Below, piece after piece: positions 1 to 7,616 of a stretch of DNA of 35,310 bases. A program made the position numbers and the translations under genes. Location: the IMG/VR virus record IMGVR_UViG_3300048550_000320, positions 1 through 35,310 of that record, one strand, 5' to 3'. The number at the start of each line of letters is the position of its first letter. The first letter of the stretch is position 1. The notes beneath the pieces are model-generated. The model was not told the origin of the DNA. It ran no database searches and saw only the letters and a list, made by a program, of their open reading frames with translations. The stretch is from a virus (lineage: Duplodnaviria; Caudoviricetes).

Positions 1-2
1 CA

Positions 3-701
3 AAAATAAGTTTACCAAATCCAGAAGAATATGGTTCTTCATCAGCGCCAAAAATAATCACAGTTAAGGTTGCTTCTAAAACGGCAGCTCATCCTTATTC
101 AGGTCAAGGATCTTCAAGCGCATATTACTTTGATGGATTAGAATCACCAGCAATTACATTTTCAGGTGCTGATTCATCTTACAAATATTACTATAGATTT
201 GATCAATCAGATTCTACAAACAGCGGTCACCCATTAAGATTTTATTTAGACGCTGCTAAAAATACAGCTTACACTACAGGTGTAACTACAAACGGAACTC
301 CAGGAAATGCTGGGGCATATACTCAAATAGCAGTTGATGCAAACACACCTAATATTGTTTACTACCAATGTTCAAGTCACTCATTAATGGGTAACTTTGC
401 AAACGTAATATCTAATTATATAAATGGTGATTTAACTGTAGGCTCATTATTTAAAATGCCTGACAATACAGCTGCTAAAATATTAGTTGCAGATGGTACA
501 AGTTATCAAGAATCAGCAGTATCAGGTGATGCAACAATCGCATCTGGCGGAGCATTAACACTAGCTAACTCTGGAGTATCAGCAGCTAGTTATACAAATT
601 CATCAATTACAGTAGATGCAAAAGGAAGAATAACATCAGCATCAAGCGGAACTGCAGGAGCAACAGCGGGTTTTGCCGTTGCAATGGCTATCGCCTTGTA
701 G
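3..701 (+). CDS. C-terminal part of a tail fibre/virion protein (5' truncated by window) with a cupredoxin-like motif
   Basis: Frame is open from nt 3 (KISLPNPEEYG...YRFDQSDSTNSGHPLRF...YYQCSSHSLMG) and continues into the track ORF 387..701. It has a fibre-type repeat (ITVDAKGRITSASSG) and ends in AGFAVAMAIAL. Confidence 0.75.
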   Translation, partial: KISLPNPEEYGSSSAPKIITVKVASKTAAHPYSGQGSSSAYYFDGLESPAITFSGADSSYKYYYRFDQSDSTNSGHPLRFYLDAAKNTAYTTGVTTNGTPGNAGAYTQIAVDANTPNIVYYQCSSHSLMGNFANVISNYINGDLTVGSLFKMPDNTAAKILVADGTSYQESAVSGDATIASGGALTLANSGVSAASYTNSSITVDAKGRITSASSGTAGATAGFAVAMAIAL

Positions 702-716
702 TATAAGGAATAAATT

Positions 717-1055
717 ATGGCACAAGATTTTAAAAGATTCGGAGACCAAGACGTAGGAACATCAGCAGTCACTATTCATACTAGTAATTCTAACGATGCT
801 ATAATTTCTATTCGTCTTGCAAACATAACAACATCAACAATAAATGCAGATGTATTTATAACATCTTCAGTAACAGGTGGTTCTCAAAACCACTACATAA
901 TCAAAAATGCGCCAATCGTTGCGGGTGGATCGCTCGAGCTTATAGATGGTGGAAGTAAATTAGTAATGCAAAGCGGAGATGTGGTAAAGGCACAATCAGA
1001 TACTGCAAGTTCATTGAGTGTTTGGATGTCTACAGTTGATGCAATAAGTTCATAG
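717..1055 (+). CDS. Small all-beta virion protein (putative fibre adaptor), paralogous to 12492..12836
   Basis: AAGGA RBS; beta-rich 112 aa; shares pattern with 12492 ORF (AIISIRLAN/AIIKSILVC; KLVMQSGDVV/PLIMQESETL; SLSVWMS/RLHIVAS). Confidence 0.6.
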   Translation: MAQDFKRFGDQDVGTSAVTIHTSNSNDAIISIRLANITTSTINADVFITSSVTGGSQNHYIIKNAPIVAGGSLELIDGGSKLVMQSGDVVKAQSDTASSLSVWMSTVDAISS

Positions 1056-1063
1056 GAGTAATC

Positions 1064-1507
1064 ATGGCGTACGTAGGAAATGCACCGAAACAAAATTTAA
1101 ACACCATGAACTCTCAACAGTTCAACGGTGATAATTCAGAAACAGATTTTACACTTTCACAGAGTGTAGCCAACACAGCAGAAGTAGAAGTCTATGTTGG
1201 AAACGTTAGACAAGATCCGTTTTCAGCTTACTCAATATCTGGTGGTACAACTTTAGCTTTTACAGCGGCCCCTCCAACAGGAACTGGAAATATCTATGTA
1301 GTGTTCCAAGGTAAATCAGTCGGTAATGTTGAACCAGGAGCAAACAGTATTCAAGCAGGAATGATTTCTGCAATCAATGGTGGTTATAAAAATTTAGCAA
1401 CAGTTTCAGAAACAATTACAGTTCCTGCAACGGACAACATGATGTTATGTGGTCCAGTATCTTTTACAGCAACAGTCACAGTAAACGGGACATTAACGGT
1501 AGTATAA
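1064..1507 (+). CDS. Tail fibre anchor/adaptor protein, cassette 1
   Basis: AGGAG RBS; FNGDNSETDFTL...VYVGNVRQDP..AYSISGGTTLAFTAAP phage fibre-base domain; beta-rich C-terminus GPVSFTATVTVNGTLTVV; paralog of 4781..5236. Confidence 0.65.
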   Translation: MAYVGNAPKQNLNTMNSQQFNGDNSETDFTLSQSVANTAEVEVYVGNVRQDPFSAYSISGGTTLAFTAAPPTGTGNIYVVFQGKSVGNVEPGANSIQAGMISAINGGYKNLATVSETITVPATDNMMLCGPVSFTATVTVNGTLTVV

Positions 1508-1508
1508 T

Positions 1509-2072
1509 ATGGCAACATTATTTGTAGATAAAATAGACCCACAATCAGGAACAAGTTTAACAATAGGTTCTTCAGGAGATACTGTTGCTTTAACTTCAGG
1601 TGTTGTGCAAAGTAATTTAATGAATCCAGCTTTTCATGCAACTTTATCTTCTAATCAAAGTTTAACAAATAACACTGGAACGATAGCTATTTTTAATGCA
1701 GAAACTTTTGATACAGATAATGCTTATGATACTTCTACAGGAAAATTTCAACCACAAGTATCAGGAAAATATTTTATTTATGCAAGTACTTATCTAGAAA
1801 TGGGTGCTAGTTCTAACTTAAATAGAGTTCTCGGTTACATACAAAAAAATGGGACTAACGTTCTTTTTAATTATAATGATGCAAGAGCAAATCCAACTAG
1901 AGCATTTTCATTAAATCCAAGTGGGGTTATTGAACTTAATGGTAGTTCAGATTATGTGCAATCATATGTTCAAGTAATTGCTCAAACAACAGCTAGTGGT
2001 TTATATATAGGTGGGGGTACAGGTGGAGATGCCTCATTTTCATACTTCGGTGCATACAGGATAGGAACATAA
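1509..2072 (+). CDS. Receptor-binding protein with C1q/TNF-like head (position A, cassette 1)
   Basis: gC1q signature PAFHA...FNAETFDTDNAYDTSTGKFQPQVSGKYFIYA...KNG...IELNGSSDYV...YFGAYRI. Confidence 0.75.
   Translation: MATLFVDKIDPQSGTSLTIGSSGDTVALTSGVVQSNLMNPAFHATLSSNQSLTNNTGTIAIFNAETFDTDNAYDTSTGKFQPQVSGKYFIYASTYLEMGASSNLNRVLGYIQKNGTNVLFNYNDARANPTRAFSLNPSGVIELNGSSDYVQSYVQVIAQTTASGLYIGGGTGGDASFSYFGAYRIGT
2046..2067 (+). repeat. 22-nt direct repeat TTCGGTGCATACAGGATAGGAA (2046-2067, 3141-3162; degenerate copy 2599-2620) at C1q gene 3' ends
   Basis: Direct sequence comparison. Confidence 0.9.
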
Positions 2073-2076
2073 TATT

Positions 2077-2625
2077 ATGGGAACAATTAAAACAACAAAT
2101 ATAGAACCAATCGCGGACAACGGCACAGTAACCCTGGGTAGTTCTGGGGATCAATTTACTTTGGCTACAGGTGCAAAGTCTAGTTTTCTATATCCAGCTT
2201 TTGAAGCATATCTTTCATCAAGCCAAACTGTTACTGATGATGTTAATACTAAAATTCAAATAAACACTGAAGTTTTTGATACAGACAACTGTTATGACAA
2301 TTCAACTAACTACAGGTTTACTCCAACAGTTGCTGGAAAATATTTTGTTTATGGCGGAGTAAGAGCAAGTAATACTGCAGCCTCTAAAATAAGGGACGTT
2401 ACTTTGCGTATTTATAAAAATGGAAGTTCTTATAGAATGTCTGATTGGAGATTTGCAGATAATGATATACAGAGAGCAGGCTTATCTGTTAATGCAATAA
2501 TAGATTTTAATGGTTCATCAGATTATGTCGAATTATTTTTAAATATAAATGATTTAGGCGGAACATCATCAGCAAATTCAGATGAAAAAGCGACATTTTT
2601 TGGTGCATACAGGTTAGGATCATAA
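2077..2625 (+). CDS. Receptor-binding protein with C1q/TNF-like head (position B, cassette 1)
   Basis: PAFEA...EVFDTDNCYDNSTNYRFTPTVAGKYFVY...YKNGS...FNGSSDYVEL...FFGAYRL. Confidence 0.75.
   Translation: MGTIKTTNIEPIADNGTVTLGSSGDQFTLATGAKSSFLYPAFEAYLSSSQTVTDDVNTKIQINTEVFDTDNCYDNSTNYRFTPTVAGKYFVYGGVRASNTAASKIRDVTLRIYKNGSSYRMSDWRFADNDIQRAGLSVNAIIDFNGSSDYVELFLNINDLGGTSSANSDEKATFFGAYRLGS
2191..2207 (+). repeat. 17-nt direct repeat TATCCAGCTTTTGAAGC (copies 2191-2207, 2727-2743; 11-nt core at 1624-1634) at plug/C1q-head junctions
   Basis: Direct sequence comparison. Confidence 0.9.
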
Positions 2626-2627
2626 TC

Positions 2628-3167
2628 ATGGCATCAATTATAAAAGCAAATCAACTACAGGACTTTGGCGGTAACAGCATTATCACATCTGATGGTGCGG
2701 GTAATCTTACTACGCAGAAGATTAACTATCCAGCTTTTGAAGCTACACTTTCTGCTAATCAAACTGTAAGTGATTCTGCTGATGTCAAAGTTCAATTTAA
2801 CACAGAAACTTTTGATACAGATAATTGTTATGATAATTCTACTAATTATAGATTTACTCCAACAACTGCTGGTAAATATTATGTTTATGCAAGATTACAA
2901 TGTGATTCAAATGCAGCCAATAATCTTCAACAAGGTTTTGCTAAAATATATAAGAATGGTAGTAGAGTTGCTCAAACACAAATGAATATGAATGGTAATT
3001 TTCCAGAAAACATTGGAGTTAATGTTTTTAATATAATCGATATGAATGGTTCTAGTGATTATTTAGAAATATATGTAAATATTGATGATACATCTGGAGA
3101 TGGTGCAGTTAGAGGAACTTCAAGTTTTGCTTGGACTTCTTTCGGTGCATACAGGATAGGAAGTTAA
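2628..3167 (+). CDS. Receptor-binding protein with C1q/TNF-like head (position C, cassette 1)
   Basis: PAFEA...FNTETFDTDNCYDNSTNYRFTPTTAGKYYVY...YKNGS...MNGSSDYLEI...SFGAYRI. Confidence 0.75.
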   Translation: MASIIKANQLQDFGGNSIITSDGAGNLTTQKINYPAFEATLSANQTVSDSADVKVQFNTETFDTDNCYDNSTNYRFTPTTAGKYYVYARLQCDSNAANNLQQGFAKIYKNGSRVAQTQMNMNGNFPENIGVNVFNIIDMNGSSDYLEIYVNIDDTSGDGAVRGTSSFAWTSFGAYRIGS

Positions 3168-3169
3168 TT

Positions 3170-4186
3170 ATGGCATTAAGTAAAATAGATTCAGCAAACA
3201 TGATCGAGGATGTGCCTCAATCGAAAATTGATAATAATATTAACTTCAGAAATCTGATAATTAATGGAGATCAATCTATTGCACAAAGAGGAACTTCACA
3301 AGCTAGTATTACTGCCGCTGGATATTATACTATTGATAGATGGAGAACTGATGTTGTTACTGCTGGTACTTGGACACAAACACAATCAACAGATGTTCCA
3401 ACTGCTCAAGGTTTTCAAAAATCAACTAAATTAGATTGTACTACTGCAGATGGTTCTTTAGCTGCTGGAGATAGAGTATTTTATGGTCAAAGAATAGAAG
3501 ATCAAAATTGTACTTATTTAAAAAAAGGAACTTCATCTGCTGAAAGCACAACAGTTTCATTCTGGGTTAAATCAAATAAAACAGGAACTTATATTTGTGA
3601 ACTTTTTGATAGCCACAATTCAAGGTCAATTTCAAAATCTTATACAATCAATTCAGCTAATACTTGGGAAAAGAAAACAATTACTTTTGCTGGAGATACA
3701 TCAGGTGCATTTGCTAATGATACTGGCATTGGTTTAATGTTGCAATTTTGGTTAGCTGCTGGAAGTACCTATACATCTGGTTCTTTACAAACTTCTTGGG
3801 ATGCAAACACATCTGCAAACAGAGCAGTAGGTCAAGTTAATCTTGCAGATAGCACATCAAACGAATGGTATGTTACAGGAGTTCAGCTTGAGGCAGGCTC
3901 GGTAGCCAGCGACTTTGAATTTTTACCTGTTGATGTGAATTTAGGAAGATGTCAGAGGTATTTTACTAAACTTCATGGAACTATTTATGGTGGTTATTAT
4001 ACTTCTACTACTTCATTTACTGGTGGTATTTTACCAGTTGAGATGAGAACTAATCCAACAGCATCATACGATGGCGTAAGAACAACAACTGGCTTAAATG
4101 CTTATCTTACAAAAACAAATGCTCAATATATTATGACACACTTACAAGGTTTTGTTACTGGGTTTACATTAAATGCGGAGTTATAA
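3170..4186 (+). CDS. Tail fibre/spike protein with carbohydrate-binding-like domain (position D, cassette 1)
   Basis: Start reassigned to ATG 3170 (MALSKID), just after the upstream stop. NFRNLIINGD..IAQRGT...DRW...SFWVKS...TGVQLEAG..ASDFE...RCQRY is a marine phage tail-fibre pattern; close paralog of 7616..8719. Confidence 0.7.
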   Translation: MALSKIDSANMIEDVPQSKIDNNINFRNLIINGDQSIAQRGTSQASITAAGYYTIDRWRTDVVTAGTWTQTQSTDVPTAQGFQKSTKLDCTTADGSLAAGDRVFYGQRIEDQNCTYLKKGTSSAESTTVSFWVKSNKTGTYICELFDSHNSRSISKSYTINSANTWEKKTITFAGDTSGAFANDTGIGLMLQFWLAAGSTYTSGSLQTSWDANTSANRAVGQVNLADSTSNEWYVTGVQLEAGSVASDFEFLPVDVNLGRCQRYFTKLHGTIYGGYYTSTTSFTGGILPVEMRTNPTASYDGVRTTTGLNAYLTKTNAQYIMTHLQGFVTGFTLNAEL

Positions 4187-4198
4187 TTATGATTAATA
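4173..4198 (+). repeat. 26-nt direct repeat ATGCGGAGTTATAATTATGATTAATA (4173-4198, 8706-8731) spanning D-gene stop and chaperone start
   Basis: Direct sequence comparison. Confidence 0.9.
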
Positions 4199-4389
4199 AA
4201 AAAAATATAAATTCAGTAACTTTAATGTATGACACAATATTAGAACCTGGAAAGAAACATTCATATAAAGTTATTTTTAATACAGACAAAATTTGTTTTG
4301 TACCACTAGACGAAGCAAACACAGATTACCAAGCAATACAGGAGTGGATTTCAGAAGGAAACACAGTTATTGATAACCCACCAGAATAA
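4189..4389 (+). CDS. Small tail fibre assembly chaperone-like protein
   Basis: Directly follows D gene; VPLDEANTDYQAIQEW motif; paralog of 8722..8901. Confidence 0.6.
   Translation: MINKKNINSVTLMYDTILEPGKKHSYKVIFNTDKICFVPLDEANTDYQAIQEWISEGNTVIDNPPE
4299..4337 (+). repeat. 39-nt identical repeat TGTACCACTAGACGAAGCAAACACAGATTACCAAGCAAT (4299-4337, 8811-8849)
   Basis: Direct sequence comparison. Confidence 0.95.
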
Positions 4390-4417
4390 TATATAAGTAT
4401 AACAAAGGAGAAAAACT

Positions 4418-4768
4418 ATGGCATCACTATCAAGCAAAATTAAACAGTACGCATCAGACAATGGTGTAGCTTCTGTTGACTTTATGGCTGACGTTTTGCT
4501 TCAGGACGACTCAAACGGTCAGGGACCCTACATCAAGGAATGGAATATCTCAAATGTAGCGAAACCTACTGATGAGCAACTGAACGCTGTAGATTCTGCT
4601 GCAGATCTCGAAGAGAGACAAAATGCAGTAAGAGCTACAAGAAGAAACGCATACGGTGATCTTGGTTCACAGTTAGACATGCAGTACCACGACAATGTTG
4701 ATGGTACAACTACATGGAAAGACCATGTGGCTGCTGTTAAGACTGCAAACCCGATCCCAACTGAATAA
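4418..4768 (+). CDS. XkdW-like tail fibre chaperone
   Basis: Strong AAGGAG RBS; LLQDDSNGQGPYIKEWN...KPTDEQL resembles XkdW; C-terminal RRNAY..LGSQLDMQYHD...WKDHVAAVK. Confidence 0.55.
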   Translation: MASLSSKIKQYASDNGVASVDFMADVLLQDDSNGQGPYIKEWNISNVAKPTDEQLNAVDSAADLEERQNAVRATRRNAYGDLGSQLDMQYHDNVDGTTTWKDHVAAVKTANPIPTE

Positions 4769-4780
4769 GGAGAAAACAAA

Positions 4781-5236
4781 TTGGCTTACGTTGGAAAAGC
4801 TCCTCAAACAGGAGCGTATCAAATACTGGATGACATCGCATCGTCATTCACCGGATCAACACCAGGACCGTTTAACTTAACGGTGAACGGCACAGCTGTG
4901 TCTCCTGGAAACGAAGCTAATTGTATAATATCTATTTCAGGTGTAGTGCAAGATCCAGCAGCCTTTACAATAACAGGTTCACAGATTTCTTTTAGTTCAA
5001 ACCCAGCATCATCAGATACTTTTTTCGGAACAGTATTAGGTGATGTGTTTGATATTGGAACTCCAACAGATTCAACAGTGACCGCAGGAAGTTTAGCATC
5101 AACATTTTTTATGAAAAACAGTCAAACGTTTACAAGTATATCAATGGCAGGTTCAAACAACGGAGCACTCGTTGGACCCGTTACAGTTAGTGGTACAGTG
5201 ACTATACCATCAGGGAGTACATTCGTAATTTTATAA
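4781..5236 (+). CDS. Tail fibre anchor/adaptor protein, cassette 2 (TTG start)
   Basis: AAGGAG RBS before TTG; MAYVGKAP matches MAYVGNAP of 1064; ISGVVQDPAAFTITGSQISFSSNP; C-terminus GPVTVSGTVTIPSGSTFVIL. Confidence 0.65.
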   Translation: MAYVGKAPQTGAYQILDDIASSFTGSTPGPFNLTVNGTAVSPGNEANCIISISGVVQDPAAFTITGSQISFSSNPASSDTFFGTVLGDVFDIGTPTDSTVTAGSLASTFFMKNSQTFTSISMAGSNNGALVGPVTVSGTVTIPSGSTFVIL

Positions 5237-5781
5237 TGAGTAAGTTAGAGACAAATACAATTGATACAATATCAGGAAGTAATACACTTACTTTAGGTTC
5301 AAGTAATTTATCTACTATTAATATGGCAAGTGGTGTTAGTCCTGGAACAGGGATGGGTAAAGTTTTACAAGTTGTTCAAGGTGTAAAAACTGCAGCTGTT
5401 ACTACAAGTTCAACTTCTTTTTCTGCAACAGGAGTTAAAGCAACAATAACTCCATCATCAACAAGTTCTAAAATTTTAGTTTTAGTCACTCTAAATGGAG
5501 TAGCTGGAAGTGGTAGCACTACTAGAAATGCAAGTTTTAAACTATATAAAGGTGGTTCATTTTTAGATTGGATAGTAGATGGTTATGGATATGGAACTGG
5601 TATTCTTATAGGAAATGTATCTTATAATAAACTTGTTTCTCCATCAACTACATCTGCAACAGAATTTGAGGTATTTTTTGCTGAACAAGGTGGCTCTGGT
5701 AGTCCAATCTACATTAATAATTATCCTGCTTCAGATAACACATCAACCTCAACAATCACACTAATGGAGATATCAGCATAA
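5236..5781 (+). CDS. Receptor-binding protein, probable jelly-roll head (position A, cassette 2)
   Basis: TAATG coupling; N-terminus like 1509; head GKVLQVVQ...ITPSSTSSKILV...STITLMEI. Confidence 0.6.
   Translation: MSKLETNTIDTISGSNTLTLGSSNLSTINMASGVSPGTGMGKVLQVVQGVKTAAVTTSSTSFSATGVKATITPSSTSSKILVLVTLNGVAGSGSTTRNASFKLYKGGSFLDWIVDGYGYGTGILIGNVSYNKLVSPSTTSATEFEVFFAEQGGSGSPIYINNYPASDNTSTSTITLMEISA
5342..5360 (+). repeat. 19-nt direct repeat CTGGAACAGGGATGGGTAA (5342-5360, 6874-6892) encoding the GTGMG linker at plug/head junctions
   Basis: Direct sequence comparison. Confidence 0.9.
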
Positions 5782-6038
5782 TGATTATAGAAACAATTTT
5801 AAAAATAAATCCTAGTGCAGAAGTAACTGTTACAGGTAAAGATATAAATACTTGTGAAATAACTTGGTTAAATAGCACAACACCTATTTCTAAAGCAGAT
5901 ATTGAAGCAATGATGCCTATTGTTGAACAAGAAATTAAAGACGCAGAAACTAAAAAAATTAACGACAAAGCAACTGCTAAATCTAAATTAAAAGCATTAG
6001 GATTAACTGATGCTGAAGTGGAAGCATTACAAGGATAA
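5781..6038 (+). CDS. Chaperone-like partner of 5236 gene
   Basis: TAATG coupling; MIIETILKINP...W..TTPISK...KLKALGLTDAE; paralog of 7356..7616. Confidence 0.55.
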   Translation: MIIETILKINPSAEVTVTGKDINTCEITWLNSTTPISKADIEAMMPIVEQEIKDAETKKINDKATAKSKLKALGLTDAEVEALQG

Positions 6039-6040
6039 TT

Positions 6041-6622
6041 ATGGCAGACGGAACTTTAAAAGTAGGGACAATAACAACGAGCTCTGGATCAGGGACAATT
6101 ACTATTGGTCAATCTGGGGAGACTTTAAATGTAGGTACAGGAGTAGTCTCAAGACTTGGAAAATTTGAATCACAACTACTTCATGTAAGAGATGAAAAAG
6201 CAAGTGGTACTGAAGGTGGTGCTACTTCATCAGGAGACAATACATGTGTTTTAAACACAATTAAAACAAACGAAATTACTGGTGCTAGTTTATCTTCTAA
6301 TCAAATTACTTTACCTTCAGGAACTTATTATATAGATGCATCTGTACCTGGATTTTTTGTAGATAGATTAAGAGGTTTTTTAAGAAATATTACAGACAGT
6401 TCCGATACTATTCTTGGTCAAGCAGGTTATGCAGTAGCAACATCACCTGCTTCTCAAAATGTTTCAAAAGTATGTGGTAGATTTACAATAGCTTCACAAA
6501 AGGTATTTGAGATAAAACTTTATTGCCAAACTGCAAGAGTTACTAATGGTTTCGGTGTTAATACAGGTGATAGTAGAACAAATGTTTATACTGATGTTCA
6601 AATATGGAGAACAGGTGAATGA
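6041..6622 (+). CDS. Receptor-binding protein, probable TNF/C1q-like head (position B, cassette 2)
   Basis: N-terminus like 2077; head HVRDEKASGTEGG...QITLPSGTYYIDAS...VYTDVQIWR. Confidence 0.6.
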   Translation: MADGTLKVGTITTSSGSGTITIGQSGETLNVGTGVVSRLGKFESQLLHVRDEKASGTEGGATSSGDNTCVLNTIKTNEITGASLSSNQITLPSGTYYIDASVPGFFVDRLRGFLRNITDSSDTILGQAGYAVATSPASQNVSKVCGRFTIASQKVFEIKLYCQTARVTNGFGVNTGDSRTNVYTDVQIWRTGE

Positions 6623-6789
6623 AATACGCATTAATAGAAAACAATGTAGTCAAAGTAATATCTTACGAACCAACAGAAGGTTTTGTTGAAGTATCAGACA
6701 ATGTATTTGCTGACATGGTTAAAAAAGAAGATGGAACATTTGATTACACAGATGAATTTAAAGCCGAACACACAGGAGATATTGAGTAA
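6619..6789 (+). CDS. 56-aa tail-fibre-assembly-like protein (not in ORF track)
   Basis: ATGA overlap with upstream stop, TAATG overlap downstream; MKYALIENNVVKVISYEPTEGFVEVSDNVFADMVKKEDGTFDYTDEFKAEHTGDIE. Confidence 0.65.
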   Translation: MKYALIENNVVKVISYEPTEGFVEVSDNVFADMVKKEDGTFDYTDEFKAEHTGDIE

Positions 6790-7352
6790 TGAGTAGCATT
6801 TTAAAAGTAGACCAGCTTAAAGATTCAGGAGGCAATGCAATTATTACTTCTGATGGAAGTGGTAACATTACTACTGGAACAGGGATGGGTAACTATGTTG
6901 TAGAAAAAATTTCTTCTTATATTAATCCAACAAATGTTTCAACGACATCTCAATTAGATTATTTTGATATAGCAGGTGACAATACTATTAATTTTACACC
7001 AACCTCTACAAATGACATCATAATATTATCAGGTGCTAGTGTTATAAGAAATGGTACAACAGAAGCTAATGGTATTGGTTTAGGAATAATGCAAGGTACA
7101 TCTTCATCATTAAGTTCAAGTGATACTGTTGTAATGGCAAATGGAAGATTTGGTAATATGTTTGGCTCATTTTATACTAAAGGAACTATCCAAGCTGATG
7201 TAACTGGTTTAAGTGCAAATACTACTTATTATTTTGAAATGTATGGAATGACTTATACAACAAATTTACATTATTTTAATTATGGTACTACTAATGCTAC
7301 TGACAACGGAAGACATAAATTAATCGGAGTACATTATAAATACACAGGATAA
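6789..7352 (+). CDS. Receptor-binding protein, probable jelly-roll head (position C, cassette 2)
   Basis: N-terminus closely matches 2628 (QLKDSGGNAIITSDGSGNITT vs QLQDFGGNSIITSDGAGNLTT); head with INFTPTSTNDIIIL. Confidence 0.6.
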   Translation: MSSILKVDQLKDSGGNAIITSDGSGNITTGTGMGNYVVEKISSYINPTNVSTTSQLDYFDIAGDNTINFTPTSTNDIIILSGASVIRNGTTEANGIGLGIMQGTSSSLSSSDTVVMANGRFGNMFGSFYTKGTIQADVTGLSANTTYYFEMYGMTYTTNLHYFNYGTTNATDNGRHKLIGVHYKYTG

Positions 7353-7355
7353 CAA

Positions 7356-7616
7356 ATGATTATAGAAACAATATTAAAAATAAATCCAAATGCAAAAGTT
7401 ACTGTTATAGGTGATGACATTGATAACTGCGAAATTGAATGGTTAGAAAATACAACACCAATATCAAAAGAAGATATTGAAGCTATGATACCAGTTGTTG
7501 AACAAGAATTAAAAGACGCTGAACAAACAGCAATAGATAAAAAAGCCTCTGGTAAACAGAAGCTAAAAGATTTAGGATTGGACGACGCAGAAATTAAAGC
7601 GTTGATAGGAGCATAA
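7356..7616 (+). CDS. Chaperone-like partner of 6789 gene
   Basis: Paralog of 5781..6038; first 32 nt are 31/32 identical. Confidence 0.55.
   Translation: MIIETILKINPNAKVTVIGDDIDNCEIEWLENTTPISKEDIEAMIPVVEQELKDAEQTAIDKKASGKQKLKDLGLDDAEIKALIGA

Noticed and set aside
2046-3162. CRISPR-like array from the recurring 22-nt repeat
   Set aside because: Spacing is about 550 nt and the repeats are coding gene ends.
1500-5240. Programmed frameshift or readthrough fusing anchor to A gene
   Set aside because: The two junctions have different frame offsets (TAA-T-ATG versus TAATG) and no shared slippery site; translational coupling is simpler.
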